From an uncultured Monoglobus sp. (GTDB lineage Bacteria > Bacillota > Clostridia > Monoglobales > Monoglobaceae), in NCBI GenBank assembly GCA_947628795.1, contig CANRBF010000002.1:166777-230776 (forward strand): 64,000 nt of DNA, written 5' to 3'. The notes beneath the pieces are model-generated. The model was not told the DNA's origin, searched no databases, and saw only the letters and a list, made by a program, of their open reading frames with translations. Of the stretch, positions 40,745 to 50,956 are shown in pieces (position 1 is the stretch's first letter; each line of letters starts with the position of its first letter). Made by a program: the position numbers and the translations under genes.

Positions 40745-40850
40745 CAAGGGGTCTCAATTTCTGTTTCGCCCCGTGGGGGAGCCTAATATAAATCGTGAGA
40801 TATTCCCGGTCTCTAGTCCCTATTTCCCACTTCCTGCTTTTTCAATTTGT
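40745..40850. repeat. Degenerate or solo copy D of the intergenic repeat family (left-arm-like TCGCCCCGTGGGGGAGCC joined directly to the C-type 3' flank module)
   Basis: Matches the copy-C flank TATAAA[CT]CG[CT][AG]AGATATTCC...CTATTTCC. Confidence 0.5.
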
Positions 40851-41274
40851 CGAAATCCTCCTGAAGGCCAAAGAAAAATTTCTGCTGGGTATAATTTGAT
40901 ATCACGTTAACGGGTTTGAGCTGACCCACGGAATATCCCTTAATCAGCATCAGATCGCGGTATAAAAGGTATGTTTCCGGCTGAAGGAACAGGACCTCGG
41001 TCGGCGCGCATAAACCTTTTTTACCTTATCGCCCATTGACGGATTCGCCTTCGCAAGATTTTTTTCGAAAGAATCCCGCAGCATATCTTTGCTCAGATTT
41101 TCGGGGATCTTGGCGATCTCCATAAGATAAACGTACCGTATGTTATCGGTGTCGGGATAGACCGAGCAGTCGATCAGGTCAAAGCCGCACTCTTTCGCTG
41201 TATCCTCGGCGGCGCGCCGCAGAGCGATCTCGGTCGTCTTTTCGCCCATAAGGCTGCTTTTGTTATTTCGCTCA
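40808..41274 (-). pseudogene. Small gene (about 175 aa if repaired) interrupted by two -1 frameshifts in A-runs; function unknown
   Basis: Three consecutive minus-strand frames read MSEITKAAL.. / ..KTTEIALRRAAEDTAKECGFDLIDC...SMGDKVKK / GLCAPTEVLFLQPETYLLYRDLMLIKGYSVGQLKP...VGNRD*, joined at an A4 and an A6 homopolymer. A good RBS occurs only before the first ATG. Confidence 0.45.
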
Positions 41275-41347
41275 TGATTAAATCTCCTTATAAGAGCGCG
41301 GCGCTTTGCAAAGCGCCGCGCTCGTTTTTTTAGAATATAACAGCAAG

Positions 41348-44300
41348 TTATACTTTTAATCTGCCGATCATTGTAACAAACTCCGCGCGGGTTATGCTCG
41401 CCGCGGGTGCCAGTGTACCGTCGGGATAGCCGTTGATCACTCCGTCTCCGCATGCCCACTGTATCGCGGGTACGGCATAGTCGTTTATATCGCCCGAGTC
41501 GGTGAAGCTCAGAATGTTTGTGTCCTCACCAACCGACACGCCAATGCCCTTATACTGCATATATCTGTAGAGTATAGCCGCGGTCTGTTCTCTCGTAACG
41601 TTTTGGTCGGGCTTAAAGGTGCCGTCCTCAAAACCGGTCACTATGCCGTTTTCGGCCGCCCATGCCACATACGGAGCGTAATACATGCTCGCGTCAACGT
41701 CGCCGAACGAGCTTCCAGATGACTGCGCATTCTCCATGCGTCCGACTATAGTCACAAGCATTCCGCGGGTCATTGTCATCTGGGGTCCGAACTCGGTGTC
41801 GCTGATGCCGTTCACAAGACCCTTGCTGTAGGCCGAATTTACCGCGTCATAGAACCAATCTGTGGGAGCAACATCTGTAAACGGCATTCCGCCTGTTGTC
41901 TGAGGCGCCGTTGTTTCGGCGGGAGCCTGCTGAGAGGATGTATCTGTGGGAGCGGGCGTGGGCGTCGAACTCGTGCCTGAGGAGAACGAGCTGCCTCCGC
42001 CTCCTCCTCCGCCGCCGTAGCTGCCGGTGCCGGAGGACGTAAGCGCGCTGAGCGTCAGTTTCTTCACATCTTCTCCGCTTGCGTCAACATAGGTCTGTTT
42101 TTCATTGTTGTACGATACCGTGGCTCCGTCGGATGTCGTTTTCACGCCGCCGAACTTAGCATAGATCGAAGAGGCGGTGCCGCCCTCCGCGGTAAACTTG
42201 CTGCTGCTGTCCATGCTGATATTAATGGTCGAGGTCTCGGCCTCAAAGGGCTCAAATCCGTAGCTTGAGGCTGTGTCGCCTGTCGCCGAGGCGTTTATCG
42301 AGCTGTTGTTTGAGAGTTTTATCTCGCCGTACTTGCCCTGATCGTCATGATAGAGCACAAGACCCGTCGCGCGTTTCGTGCCCGACGTTGCCGCCGAAGC
42401 ATCCAGGCTTGAGTAGCCTTTGAGCTCAAGGTTATGCACGCCGCAGCCTATGCCCATGTGCTCACCGCCTACCTCGCATACCGCTGTGACGTGAGCGGAG
42501 CCGTCGAGCGTGAGCTTTGAGGGGATATTGAGCGCAAGACCTATGCTGCCCGATACCGAGTCTCCCGCGTAAGCGTTTACTGTGGTTCCCGAGATGCTCA
42601 TGTCACCGTAGGATATAAATCCGCAGGAATATCCGTCGTTGATTTCATCAAATCCGCCGGCGGACTCGTCATATACCGCGTTTCCGCTCCGAGCCGTGAG
42701 CGTGCCGCTGCCTTTTATCTCAACGCCTTCGGCCATGAGGCCGTAACTGTTGGTGTTACGGACATTGCCGCATGTCACCGTAAGATTTCCGTCTATTTCG
42801 AGTGTGTTGTCGCCCGAGCAGTAAAGCGCCACGGCTCCATCTGTGTATTTTTCAGGCTTGTCAAATCCCGAATACGCGCTGTAGATCATGGGACTCTCTC
42901 CCGCGGGAACGTAAAGCGTCGTGCCGGGGCTTAAGTAGAGACCGTCCTCGCGATTTGTGACAAATTTGAAATCCGATGTGAGCGTCAGCGTTTTTCCGTC
43001 ACAGGCCGCGCCGGGCACCTCGATCGGGTTTCCGAGTTCTTTGGTCTCGTAGTCATATCCGTCATAGAGCTTGCCTGTCTCGCCGTCAAAGTAGAGCATA
43101 TGATCCGTGGGCTGGATCGCGTTGATAAATGTAGCGGTATCGGAAGGAGTGTCGGTTCCGGGTACGACGTATGTGCTTCCGTCATATTCAAGCTCGCCGT
43201 TATAATCTTCAGCCGAGGAATATCCGAAAACATTAACGCCTTCAGCGGCGCTCGCGCCCCAAACAGCGGAGCCCTGACCGCCCGTGATGACAGACGAATA
43301 ATTCATAGCGGTGATCGTCGCCTTGCCGTCTTCGAATTTCCCTGCCTCGGCGTCATAAACCCAAGCGGTTATGCCCGGTGTGTCGTCGTCCTCGGAAGAG
43401 CTCGTAAAGTTGATTCTTTTGCCGAAAGCCGCTATGATCGCGTAGTCCTTGGTGAGAACAGCGCCGGGGCTCTGCTCGTTTCCGTAGATCACTATGCCGC
43501 CTTGCGCCTCGATAAACGATTTGTCCTCGGCTGTGATGCTTCCGCCGTTCATTATCATGATAGCTTTTGAGTTTTCGCACTGAGAAGTGGAGAGATGTGA
43601 TTCGCCCTTCATCTCAATGCCTTCGGCCGCAACGCCGCAGATCGGAAGGTTGCTGTTTCTGACCTCGGGTGCGATAGAGCAAGCGTGTACGCTGACTGTG
43701 CCGTCAAAAATCAGCTTTTTGTTCGACATTATTCCGTATGAGTAACCCGCGCCATTGCTTTCATATGCTCTGACCTGTCCGGAGCCTTTTATCGTCATAT
43801 CATCGTATGAGAATATGCCCACAACATTATTGGCGGCGTCGTTAAAGCCGCAAGCCGCTGCGAGCAGGCTTCCGTCAATTTCCAGAGTGTTGTTGCCTTC
43901 TCCGCCGATCGCGAAGGTCATTTCGGACTCGGCGTCCGGAAGCGCGGTTATATAAGCCGCCTTGCCTTCGGGCACTTTTACCGTGACGCCTTCACCGATC
44001 CTGAGAGCGCCGCTTCTGGTTGACGCGAACACCACATTGTCAAGGGTGAGAACATTGCCGTCCGCGCTCATTCCTTTGGGGATCTCATCGGCCGAAAGAG
44101 CCTCGCCGTCCTTGTTGTTTTTGCGGAATCCCGCCTCGGCGTCATAATATACGCTGTAGTCGGAGTACATAGGCGCGGCGCTTATTTTTGCCCAAAGCGC
44201 GAGCTCGCCGTTTGCGTTAACATAGCCGTACTGCGTTTCGTCGAAGGTCAGGACGTTTTCATCGGCGTCTCTTACGGTAATGCTGCCAAACGGCTCTAAG

Positions 44301-46708
44301 TGCGCGTTGATGGCGCCGGCATCGCCGTCGCATACGATACTTGAATTTTCGTCCATGCCTATGGCGAGCTGTTTGGTTTCGTCAAGCTCCTCCGCGTTGC
44401 TGTCGGTCAATTCGGTAAGGCCGAACGAGTATCGTCCGCCTTCGGCCAAGCAGATTATCTCGCCGCCGGTGTACGCGTCTACAGTGCCGGCACCGTTGAG
44501 CAGCGTGATACCCATCGCTGCCGAGATATAGCAGTCATTTCCGAGGCTCATAGCGGTGATGCTCGCGCCGCTCGCTGCCATCACGCTTGATGCAACACAG
44601 CCGTATGTGTTCGCGCTTCCGAACGCGCTATAGCCGTAAGCCGTTATATACGCGTCCTGAGTTGCGATTATGCCGTTTACGTTTCGGGTGCCCGACTGAG
44701 AATAATCGCCGGTGAATATTCCTATAGACTCGGTGAATGTCGTTTCGTTTTCTCCCGTGACGATTCCGCCGAAAGCGTTGATATCCGCCTTTTCAACATC
44801 AAATATGTTCGTCGCGTATATGCCCGCGGAATAATATGCCTCCTCGACGTTTGTGATTATGTCGCCGCCGTAGGCGTAAATGCTGCCGCTGCCGGTCACG
44901 TTTATATCTTTATAGGCGTATATTCCGAAGCTGCTGATGTTTTCTCCGCAGCCGCCCGACGTCGAAAGACTTCCGTCGATATTGATATCGCATGTGCCGA
45001 GGCAAACAATGCCGGCTGATAACCGGTCGGTATCATTTTCTTCGGGCTCTCCGGCGATTATGACGGGATTTTCATTTTCGTGAACGATAAGCGTTGTGTT
45101 ATCCGGCAGACACAGTCCGACAGGCGCCGTTGTGAAAAAGCTGAAATCGTTTGTGAGAGTGAGCTCTTGGCCGTTGCCCTCCGCGCCCGTCACTTTGTCA
45201 AGCTTGTTGCTGTATACTCCGGTTTCATTGTCATAGTCCGTGTAGAATGAGCTGTCCGCGGGATTGTAATAGAGCGTATAGTCGAACGTTCTTCCCGTTA
45301 CGATCATACATTCCTTAACGGACATTCCGTCCATTAAAAACGTGCCCTCGGACAAATCAAACGAAGCCTCTCTGTTGCTCTCGTCGATTACCGAGAAGTT
45401 GCCTGCGGGAGCGTTATGCATCGAGGCTAACGGCTCCTCGTCTATGCTTTGCATATACGCCGCCGTAGTGCCCTGTGCCGTGATACACTTCGGTGACTCT
45501 ATCGCGTTCTGATCCAGGTCAAACACAACTTTGCCGTATTCAAAGTTTTCGTCAATATCCCGGCGGTTGACATAGAGTTCATAGATGCCCACGCTGGTGC
45601 AGCCCTGCGTGCCGTTGGCGTCTATAGAGCTTCCGTCCGACACGCACACGCGCCTTGTCATTCCGTCCGACACGGGAATTTCTATACCCACCGAAAGAGT
45701 GGACGGGTCTTCTCCGTCATCAGGAACGTTTCCCGCGCAGGCGTAAACTTGAGATGATTCACGCGCCATTATCGCTCCGGTGCTGATTCCGATCGAGGAC
45801 GATACTGCCTGAGCTCCGACGCCGATGACCACCGCGCCGCTTGACGCTGTAACAGTGCAGTTTCCGTGCGTATCGTCGAGCTTGCCGACAGCCAAAATAC
45901 CGTAGCTGTCAGTCGACTGCGTGCCCGAGCCCGTTCCTACGAGCGCCGCTCCGTCAACATTTATCGACTCAAATACGTACACTCCCACGGACATGGTAAG
46001 GCCGCTGCCGCCCATTACCGCAACGGTTCCGCCGCCGATAACATCAAGGTTGTCCGCCATCAGCCCGAAGCAGTCGTATACGGTGTTGCTGCCGTCGTCG
46101 CCGTCAAACCCTATCAGCGCCATATTACCGCTGTTGCTTGTGTTTATTGCCAGTTCCTGAGCCCGAATTATGCCGGTAGTGCCGCTTTCGGCGATCTCCG
46201 GTCCGAGTTCTCCCTTCGACGCGTTGATTATCATAACATTCGAATTATCGGGAATATTGATCGTCGCTATGCCGTTTATAACAAAGGCGTAAGGTGCGGT
46301 TGAAATAATAACCGTGTCGCCTGCGGGGAAATTGATCTCACCCGGCGCATAATCTATACCCTCCAAGGTTTCGGCCGCCGAATCCGCGTCGGTATAAAAC
46401 GCACCTTCTTCGGAATCAAAGGTCAGAGTGCTGCTTAAAGTTATAACGTTGAACCCGCTCGCGTCAAACATGGCGGCGAGCTCGTCCGCCTTCTTTTCTT
46501 CGGCGCCCGTCCAGTCAATGTCCTTAAAGCCGCCCCAGTCGGTGTCGCCCCATTCGACTTCGCCGATACCGCCGGTATAACCTTCTTTGAATCTGGCAGA
46601 CGGGCGTTCGCGTCCGTCGTTCGGTTCGGCAAAAGCTACCTGCGTGAAAAGCGATGCCGCCATGGCCGCCACTATAAACAGTGACAGAAGCTTTTTAAAG
46701 TGTTTCAT
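41348..46708 (-). CDS. Giant (1786 aa) S-layer-anchored surface protein: signal peptide, long repetitive beta-rich region, Gly8 tract, PT linker, three C-terminal SLH domains
   Basis: MKHFKKLLSLFIVAAMAASLFTQVAFA. C-terminal FTDVAPTDWFYDAV.., FGDVDASMYYAPYVAWA.., FTDSGDINDYAVPAIQWA.. SLH motifs. Confidence 0.8.
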   Translation of the reverse strand: MKHFKKLLSLFIVAAMAASLFTQVAFAEPNDGRERPSARFKEGYTGGIGEVEWGDTDWGGFKDIDWTGAEEKKADELAAMFDASGFNVITLSSTLTFDSEEGAFYTDADSAAETLEGIDYAPGEINFPAGDTVIISTAPYAFVINGIATINIPDNSNVMIINASKGELGPEIAESGTTGIIRAQELAINTSNSGNMALIGFDGDDGSNTVYDCFGLMADNLDVIGGGTVAVMGGSGLTMSVGVYVFESINVDGAALVGTGSGTQSTDSYGILAVGKLDDTHGNCTVTASSGAVVIGVGAQAVSSSIGISTGAIMARESSQVYACAGNVPDDGEDPSTLSVGIEIPVSDGMTRRVCVSDGSSIDANGTQGCTSVGIYELYVNRRDIDENFEYGKVVFDLDQNAIESPKCITAQGTTAAYMQSIDEEPLASMHNAPAGNFSVIDESNREASFDLSEGTFLMDGMSVKECMIVTGRTFDYTLYYNPADSSFYTDYDNETGVYSNKLDKVTGAEGNGQELTLTNDFSFFTTAPVGLCLPDNTTLIVHENENPVIIAGEPEENDTDRLSAGIVCLGTCDINIDGSLSTSGGCGENISSFGIYAYKDINVTGSGSIYAYGGDIITNVEEAYYSAGIYATNIFDVEKADINAFGGIVTGENETTFTESIGIFTGDYSQSGTRNVNGIIATQDAYITAYGYSAFGSANTYGCVASSVMAASGASITAMSLGNDCYISAAMGITLLNGAGTVDAYTGGEIICLAEGGRYSFGLTELTDSNAEELDETKQLAIGMDENSSIVCDGDAGAINAHLEPFGSITVRDADENVLTFDETQYGYVNANGELALWAKISAAPMYSDYSVYYDAEAGFRKNNKDGEALSADEIPKGMSADGNVLTLDNVVFASTRSGALRIGEGVTVKVPEGKAAYITALPDAESEMTFAIGGEGNNTLEIDGSLLAAACGFNDAANNVVGIFSYDDMTIKGSGQVRAYESNGAGYSYGIMSNKKLIFDGTVSVHACSIAPEVRNSNLPICGVAAEGIEMKGESHLSTSQCENSKAIMIMNGGSITAEDKSFIEAQGGIVIYGNEQSPGAVLTKDYAIIAAFGKRINFTSSSEDDDTPGITAWVYDAEAGKFEDGKATITAMNYSSVITGGQGSAVWGASAAEGVNVFGYSSAEDYNGELEYDGSTYVVPGTDTPSDTATFINAIQPTDHMLYFDGETGKLYDGYDYETKELGNPIEVPGAACDGKTLTLTSDFKFVTNREDGLYLSPGTTLYVPAGESPMIYSAYSGFDKPEKYTDGAVALYCSGDNTLEIDGNLTVTCGNVRNTNSYGLMAEGVEIKGSGTLTARSGNAVYDESAGGFDEINDGYSCGFISYGDMSISGTTVNAYAGDSVSGSIGLALNIPSKLTLDGSAHVTAVCEVGGEHMGIGCGVHNLELKGYSSLDASAATSGTKRATGLVLYHDDQGKYGEIKLSNNSSINASATGDTASSYGFEPFEAETSTINISMDSSSKFTAEGGTASSIYAKFGGVKTTSDGATVSYNNEKQTYVDASGEDVKKLTLSALTSSGTGSYGGGGGGGGSSFSSGTSSTPTPAPTDTSSQQAPAETTAPQTTGGMPFTDVAPTDWFYDAVNSAYSKGLVNGISDTEFGPQMTMTRGMLVTIVGRMENAQSSGSSFGDVDASMYYAPYVAWAAENGIVTGFEDGTFKPDQNVTREQTAAILYRYMQYKGIGVSVGEDTNILSFTDSGDINDYAVPAIQWACGDGVINGYPDGTLAPAASITRAEFVTMIGRLKV

Positions 46709-46873
46709 AAATTGAGCCTCCTTATGAATTATAAATATATATTAATTTTTCATAATAATTTTATCATAAAAATTTTGGCGTTTCAATACCGTTTAAGTTA
46801 AAAAACAGGCATTTCACGTCATTTGATGTTTTATATCGGAAATTTGTGCCTGTATTATCAAATTCCGGTATAT

Positions 46874-46902
46874 AAAAACGGCGCAGACAAAGCCGCGCCG
46901 CC
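46874..46902 (-). terminator. Terminator of pfkA (GGCGC-loop-GCGCC then GTTTTTAT on the minus strand)
   Basis: Stem 46879-46900. Confidence 0.5.
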
Positions 46903-46909
46903 AAAGTAT

Positions 46910-47887
46910 TTATTTGTATGAAAGCTTTTTGGCGAGGGAAACATGCTGCTCTGAAAGCGTTTTCTGCATGGCGAGACCCTCTTTGATATCGACGTCGATG
47001 ATTTTGTTGTCTTTCATGCACACGATCCTGTTTTGCTTTCCGGACATCAGAAGCTCGACCGCGAGGCTTCCCATTTCCGAGGCGGTAACGCGGTCGCGCA
47101 CGGACGGGCTTCCGCCGCGCTGAACGTGTCCGAGGATCGTCGCTCTCGATTCGATACCTGTTTTTTCCTCGATTTTTTTAGCCATTTCGACCACGCCGCC
47201 GACGCCTTCCGCCACGATCACAATAAAGCGTTTTTCGCCGTTGGCCTTGCTGTGCAGGATCGGCTTTAAAACATCCTCGGTGAACGACCATTTGATCTCG
47301 GGCACCAGTATAACGTCAGCGCCGCAGGCGATGCCCACGTCAAGCGCCAAATATCCCGCCGACCTGCCCATGACCTCAATGACCGAGCAGCGCTCGTGGC
47401 TCTCGGTGGTGTCTTTTATGTTATCCACCGCGGATTTTATCGTGTTCAGGCAGGTGTCGTAGCCTATTGTATACTCGCTGCAGCCTATGTCGTTGTCGAT
47501 CGTTCCTGGCAGCGCGATAGTGGGCAGACCCGCCTTGCAAAGTCCGGCCGCGCCTCTGAAAGAGCCGTCTCCGCCGATCACAACAAGACCCTCGATGTCG
47601 AATATCTTGGCCATCTCAACGCCGCGCCTTATGACTTCCTCGTTTTTAAACTCGGGACAGCGCGCGGTCTGAAGTATGGTGCCTCCGCGCTGCAGTGTGT
47701 TTGAAACGTCGCGGGGGCGCATTTCTTTAATGTCGCCTTTTATAAGACCGGAATATCCGCGCTTTATGCCCATGACCTTAAGACCGTGGTGCGCTCCGAC
47801 TCTCACGACCGCTCTGATCGCGGCGTTCATGCCGGGCGCGTCGCCTCCCGATGTCAGCACGCCGATAGTTTTTATATTTTCAGCCAT
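46910..47887 (-). CDS. pfkA: ATP-dependent 6-phosphofructokinase
   Basis: GVLTSGGDAPGMNAAIRAVV, GGDGS, MGR motifs. Confidence 0.9.
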   Translation of the reverse strand: MAENIKTIGVLTSGGDAPGMNAAIRAVVRVGAHHGLKVMGIKRGYSGLIKGDIKEMRPRDVSNTLQRGGTILQTARCPEFKNEEVIRRGVEMAKIFDIEGLVVIGGDGSFRGAAGLCKAGLPTIALPGTIDNDIGCSEYTIGYDTCLNTIKSAVDNIKDTTESHERCSVIEVMGRSAGYLALDVGIACGADVILVPEIKWSFTEDVLKPILHSKANGEKRFIVIVAEGVGGVVEMAKKIEEKTGIESRATILGHVQRGGSPSVRDRVTASEMGSLAVELLMSGKQNRIVCMKDNKIIDVDIKEGLAMQKTLSEQHVSLAKKLSYK

Positions 47888-48244
47888 ATAAATCACCTCA
47901 TAATTTTTATTTTTATTTAATCAAGACTATGATAAAGCCGTTCTTTTTAATATATCACATTTTTTCAAATTATGCAATAATAATTTTTTACTAAGTTCCG
48001 CGTAAATACTTTAATAATTTTATCGGTATTATAAATTTATATGTTTTATACAGCGTTTTACCGGCGGTAAACATAATATCGGCCGCGTTCTTGCACGGCG
48101 GCTCCCTGTGAGGAGCGGCGCAGAAAATATTTTGATATTTTTACATGAAACCCCTGTTTTTTAACACGAAAAGTATTTGCTTTTTTTGTTTTATGTGGTA
48201 AAATAGATTTTGTAAAATTTTTAAAACGGAGGTAACACAAAAAA

Positions 48245-50920
48245 ATGAAAAGAAAACTTATCGGAATTTTGACGGCGGCGGCAATGATCGTGTCGACCAT
48301 GCCGTTCATTTCCGCCGCTCCCGCTTTCGCCGAGGAAAGCGCCGAGCTTGCGACGCGCGAGTATGTGGTGTCCCAGTTTGTGCAGTCCGTGGGACGCAGC
48401 AATTTTTCGGGCAACGCGTATATGCTTTCCACATTCGCCGACAAAGACGATATTGACGAGGAATATGTGGGCGACTTTGAAAAAGCTGTCTCAAACGGTC
48501 TGGTGCGCGGCTATGAGGACAAAACTCTGCGCCCCAAAGAAAACGTGACCCGCATCGAGGCGCTGGCAATGCTGGCGAGATGTATCCCCGAGGTCCCCGA
48601 TGACGCGGGCGAGCCTATCGAGTTTACGGACGTTCCCGATTGGGCCGAGGAAAATATCGACGATCTGACCCGCGCCGGCATCGTTAAGGGCTACGGCAAC
48701 GGGCTTCTGGGTTCCGACGACAATATAACGGTCGAGCAGGTCGGCCTCCTGACCGACAGGAGCGATGAGCTTTTGAACACCGTTCCCATCAGCGAGAGCT
48801 TTTACGGACACATCAATAACAAGGATTTCCGCAACGCTCAGCTGGCGAGCGAGCCCGTTATTGACGCCGTTCACGGCGCGATTGTTGTACCTCCCGACGC
48901 ATGGTCCCATTTTAACGATATTCAGCTGCTGATAAGCGAAAGGGAAAATGATCTGCTGACAAAGCTCATGAACGGAGAGCTTGAGTATCAGCCCGGAAGC
49001 CCCGAGCAGAGAGTTCATGATTTGCTGCTTTGCATTCAGAATTCAAAGACGATCACCGACAGCGACAAAGCTGTTGTGCAGGATTGGAGGCAGAAAATAC
49101 TAAACGCTAAGTCGGTCGAGGAGCTTTTGAACACGACGACCGAGATCGCGACAGAAACCGGAGTAAATGTTTTGTTCACGGTAGATGTTGCGCAAGACCC
49201 GGAAACCGGCGTTGCTCTTCCGAAGATCATCCTGAAATCATATCCGCAAATCGGATTTGTAAACTACAGGTCTGGAACAAAAAATCTTCTCGGCGACCGT
49301 TATTCAAATGTGGTTAAAACCGTCGTTAAATCAATGGGCGGCGAATTTTCGGACGATGACTTAAAACGCGCCGTTGAGTTCCAGTCGCTGGCGACGCGGG
49401 ACGTAAACTATGCTCCGCAGCTTTTGAACGGTATCAATTCAAGAACATACTTCGATAAGAAAATAACCCAGGAAATGATAGACAAGGATGTCGAGGCAAT
49501 GATCAGCGAGCATCCCGATCTTGACCCCGAAACCTTGGAATCCGATAAGAAAGATGTGCAGATCCTCACCGCGGCCGATGCCGCAAAGGCAGCGAAAAAT
49601 ATAGATTTCTGCGATATATTAAACAAAATGGGATTTAAAAATTACGACAATGTGGCTCTGCACTGTGAGGACACATTAGGCGAGGTCGACAAGATTTTCA
49701 CAGCGGATAACCTTAACGCTCTCAAGGCATGCGCGCTGTTCGGCATGTCCGACTTTAACGCTCCCTTGAGCGATGAGGAGGCAGCCGCCGTTAGTCAGCT
49801 CAATACCATTGCCTATATGGCGTATTTTTACAGCTCGACCGATACCGATACGAGCCTGCTTGAAGAAATGGCGGAAGCTTATTTGAGCACATCTGCGGGT
49901 ATTAACGCTCAGAGCGGAGATGTCGGCCAAGATGAAGACGACATACTCAAAGCGGAAAATATGACAATGCTGAAATCGTACCTGCCCTATGACATCGGAC
50001 TTATCTACTGCGACTATTACTACGACGATCAAATTTCTTATGATATAGGCGATATGGTTAGCGAGATTTGGGACGAATACAAGAAGATTTTTGAAAATAA
50101 CACATGGATGAGCGAAGAGACCAAGCAGAACGCTATCAAAAAGATAGATAATATGATCGCGGTGATCGGTTATCCCGACAACTACGAGTTCCCGACGATC
50201 ACACCTCCCGAACAGGGCGGAACGGTGTTCTCAAACATTGTGAGCGTTTTAAAAGACACTCTCAACACAAAAGTCCGTAAGTGCAGCGAAAATGAATTCA
50301 TAAGAGAGCAGATGCTGGCGCAGCCCGATATGGTCAACGCGTTCTATGCGCCTAACCTTAATATAATATGCATATTGGCCGGCATTCTGCACAGTCCTAT
50401 CTACGATCCCAATGCTGACAGAGCGGAAAATCTCGGCGCTGTCGGTGCTATAATCGGCCATGAGGTGGGCCACGCTTTTGATACGTTAGGCTCGAAGTAT
50501 GACGAGAACGGCTGTCTTAAAGACTGGTGGACCGAAAAGGATCAAGCGGAATATCAAAAGCGCGTTGATAATTTTGTGGAATACTACAAAAACTTTGAGG
50601 TCCTGCAAGGCGTGCCGCAGGACAGCGAAAAGACGATCGGTGAGAATATGGCTGACTTTGCGGGTCTGCGCTGCGTTTTGAATATTCTCGATGGCGACCC
50701 CGAGGGCCAGAAGAAGGCTTTGGAATCATACGCCAGAATCTGGGCGGATCTCGGAACCGAGGCGACAAAAAGAGAGGTCCTTGCGGCGGATGTGCACTCG
50801 TCGCACAATGTCAGGGTCGACGCGGTCGTTGCTTCCATGGACGAATTCTATGAGTTATACGACATAAAAGAGGGCGACAAGATGTATGTCGCTCCCGAAA
50901 ACAGACTGAAGCTTTGGTAA
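48245..50920 (+). CDS. SLH-domain M13-family zinc metallopeptidase (PepO/neprilysin-like), copy 1
   Basis: Signal peptide; N-terminal SLH units; HEVGHAFD zinc motif; ENMADFAGL; C-terminal ..RLKLW. Confidence 0.8.
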   Translation: MKRKLIGILTAAAMIVSTMPFISAAPAFAEESAELATREYVVSQFVQSVGRSNFSGNAYMLSTFADKDDIDEEYVGDFEKAVSNGLVRGYEDKTLRPKENVTRIEALAMLARCIPEVPDDAGEPIEFTDVPDWAEENIDDLTRAGIVKGYGNGLLGSDDNITVEQVGLLTDRSDELLNTVPISESFYGHINNKDFRNAQLASEPVIDAVHGAIVVPPDAWSHFNDIQLLISERENDLLTKLMNGELEYQPGSPEQRVHDLLLCIQNSKTITDSDKAVVQDWRQKILNAKSVEELLNTTTEIATETGVNVLFTVDVAQDPETGVALPKIILKSYPQIGFVNYRSGTKNLLGDRYSNVVKTVVKSMGGEFSDDDLKRAVEFQSLATRDVNYAPQLLNGINSRTYFDKKITQEMIDKDVEAMISEHPDLDPETLESDKKDVQILTAADAAKAAKNIDFCDILNKMGFKNYDNVALHCEDTLGEVDKIFTADNLNALKACALFGMSDFNAPLSDEEAAAVSQLNTIAYMAYFYSSTDTDTSLLEEMAEAYLSTSAGINAQSGDVGQDEDDILKAENMTMLKSYLPYDIGLIYCDYYYDDQISYDIGDMVSEIWDEYKKIFENNTWMSEETKQNAIKKIDNMIAVIGYPDNYEFPTITPPEQGGTVFSNIVSVLKDTLNTKVRKCSENEFIREQMLAQPDMVNAFYAPNLNIICILAGILHSPIYDPNADRAENLGAVGAIIGHEVGHAFDTLGSKYDENGCLKDWWTEKDQAEYQKRVDNFVEYYKNFEVLQGVPQDSEKTIGENMADFAGLRCVLNILDGDPEGQKKALESYARIWADLGTEATKREVLAADVHSSHNVRVDAVVASMDEFYELYDIKEGDKMYVAPENRLKLW

Positions 50921-50956
50921 TATGAGCTTTGAGTATTTAGAACGGAGGTAACCGAA

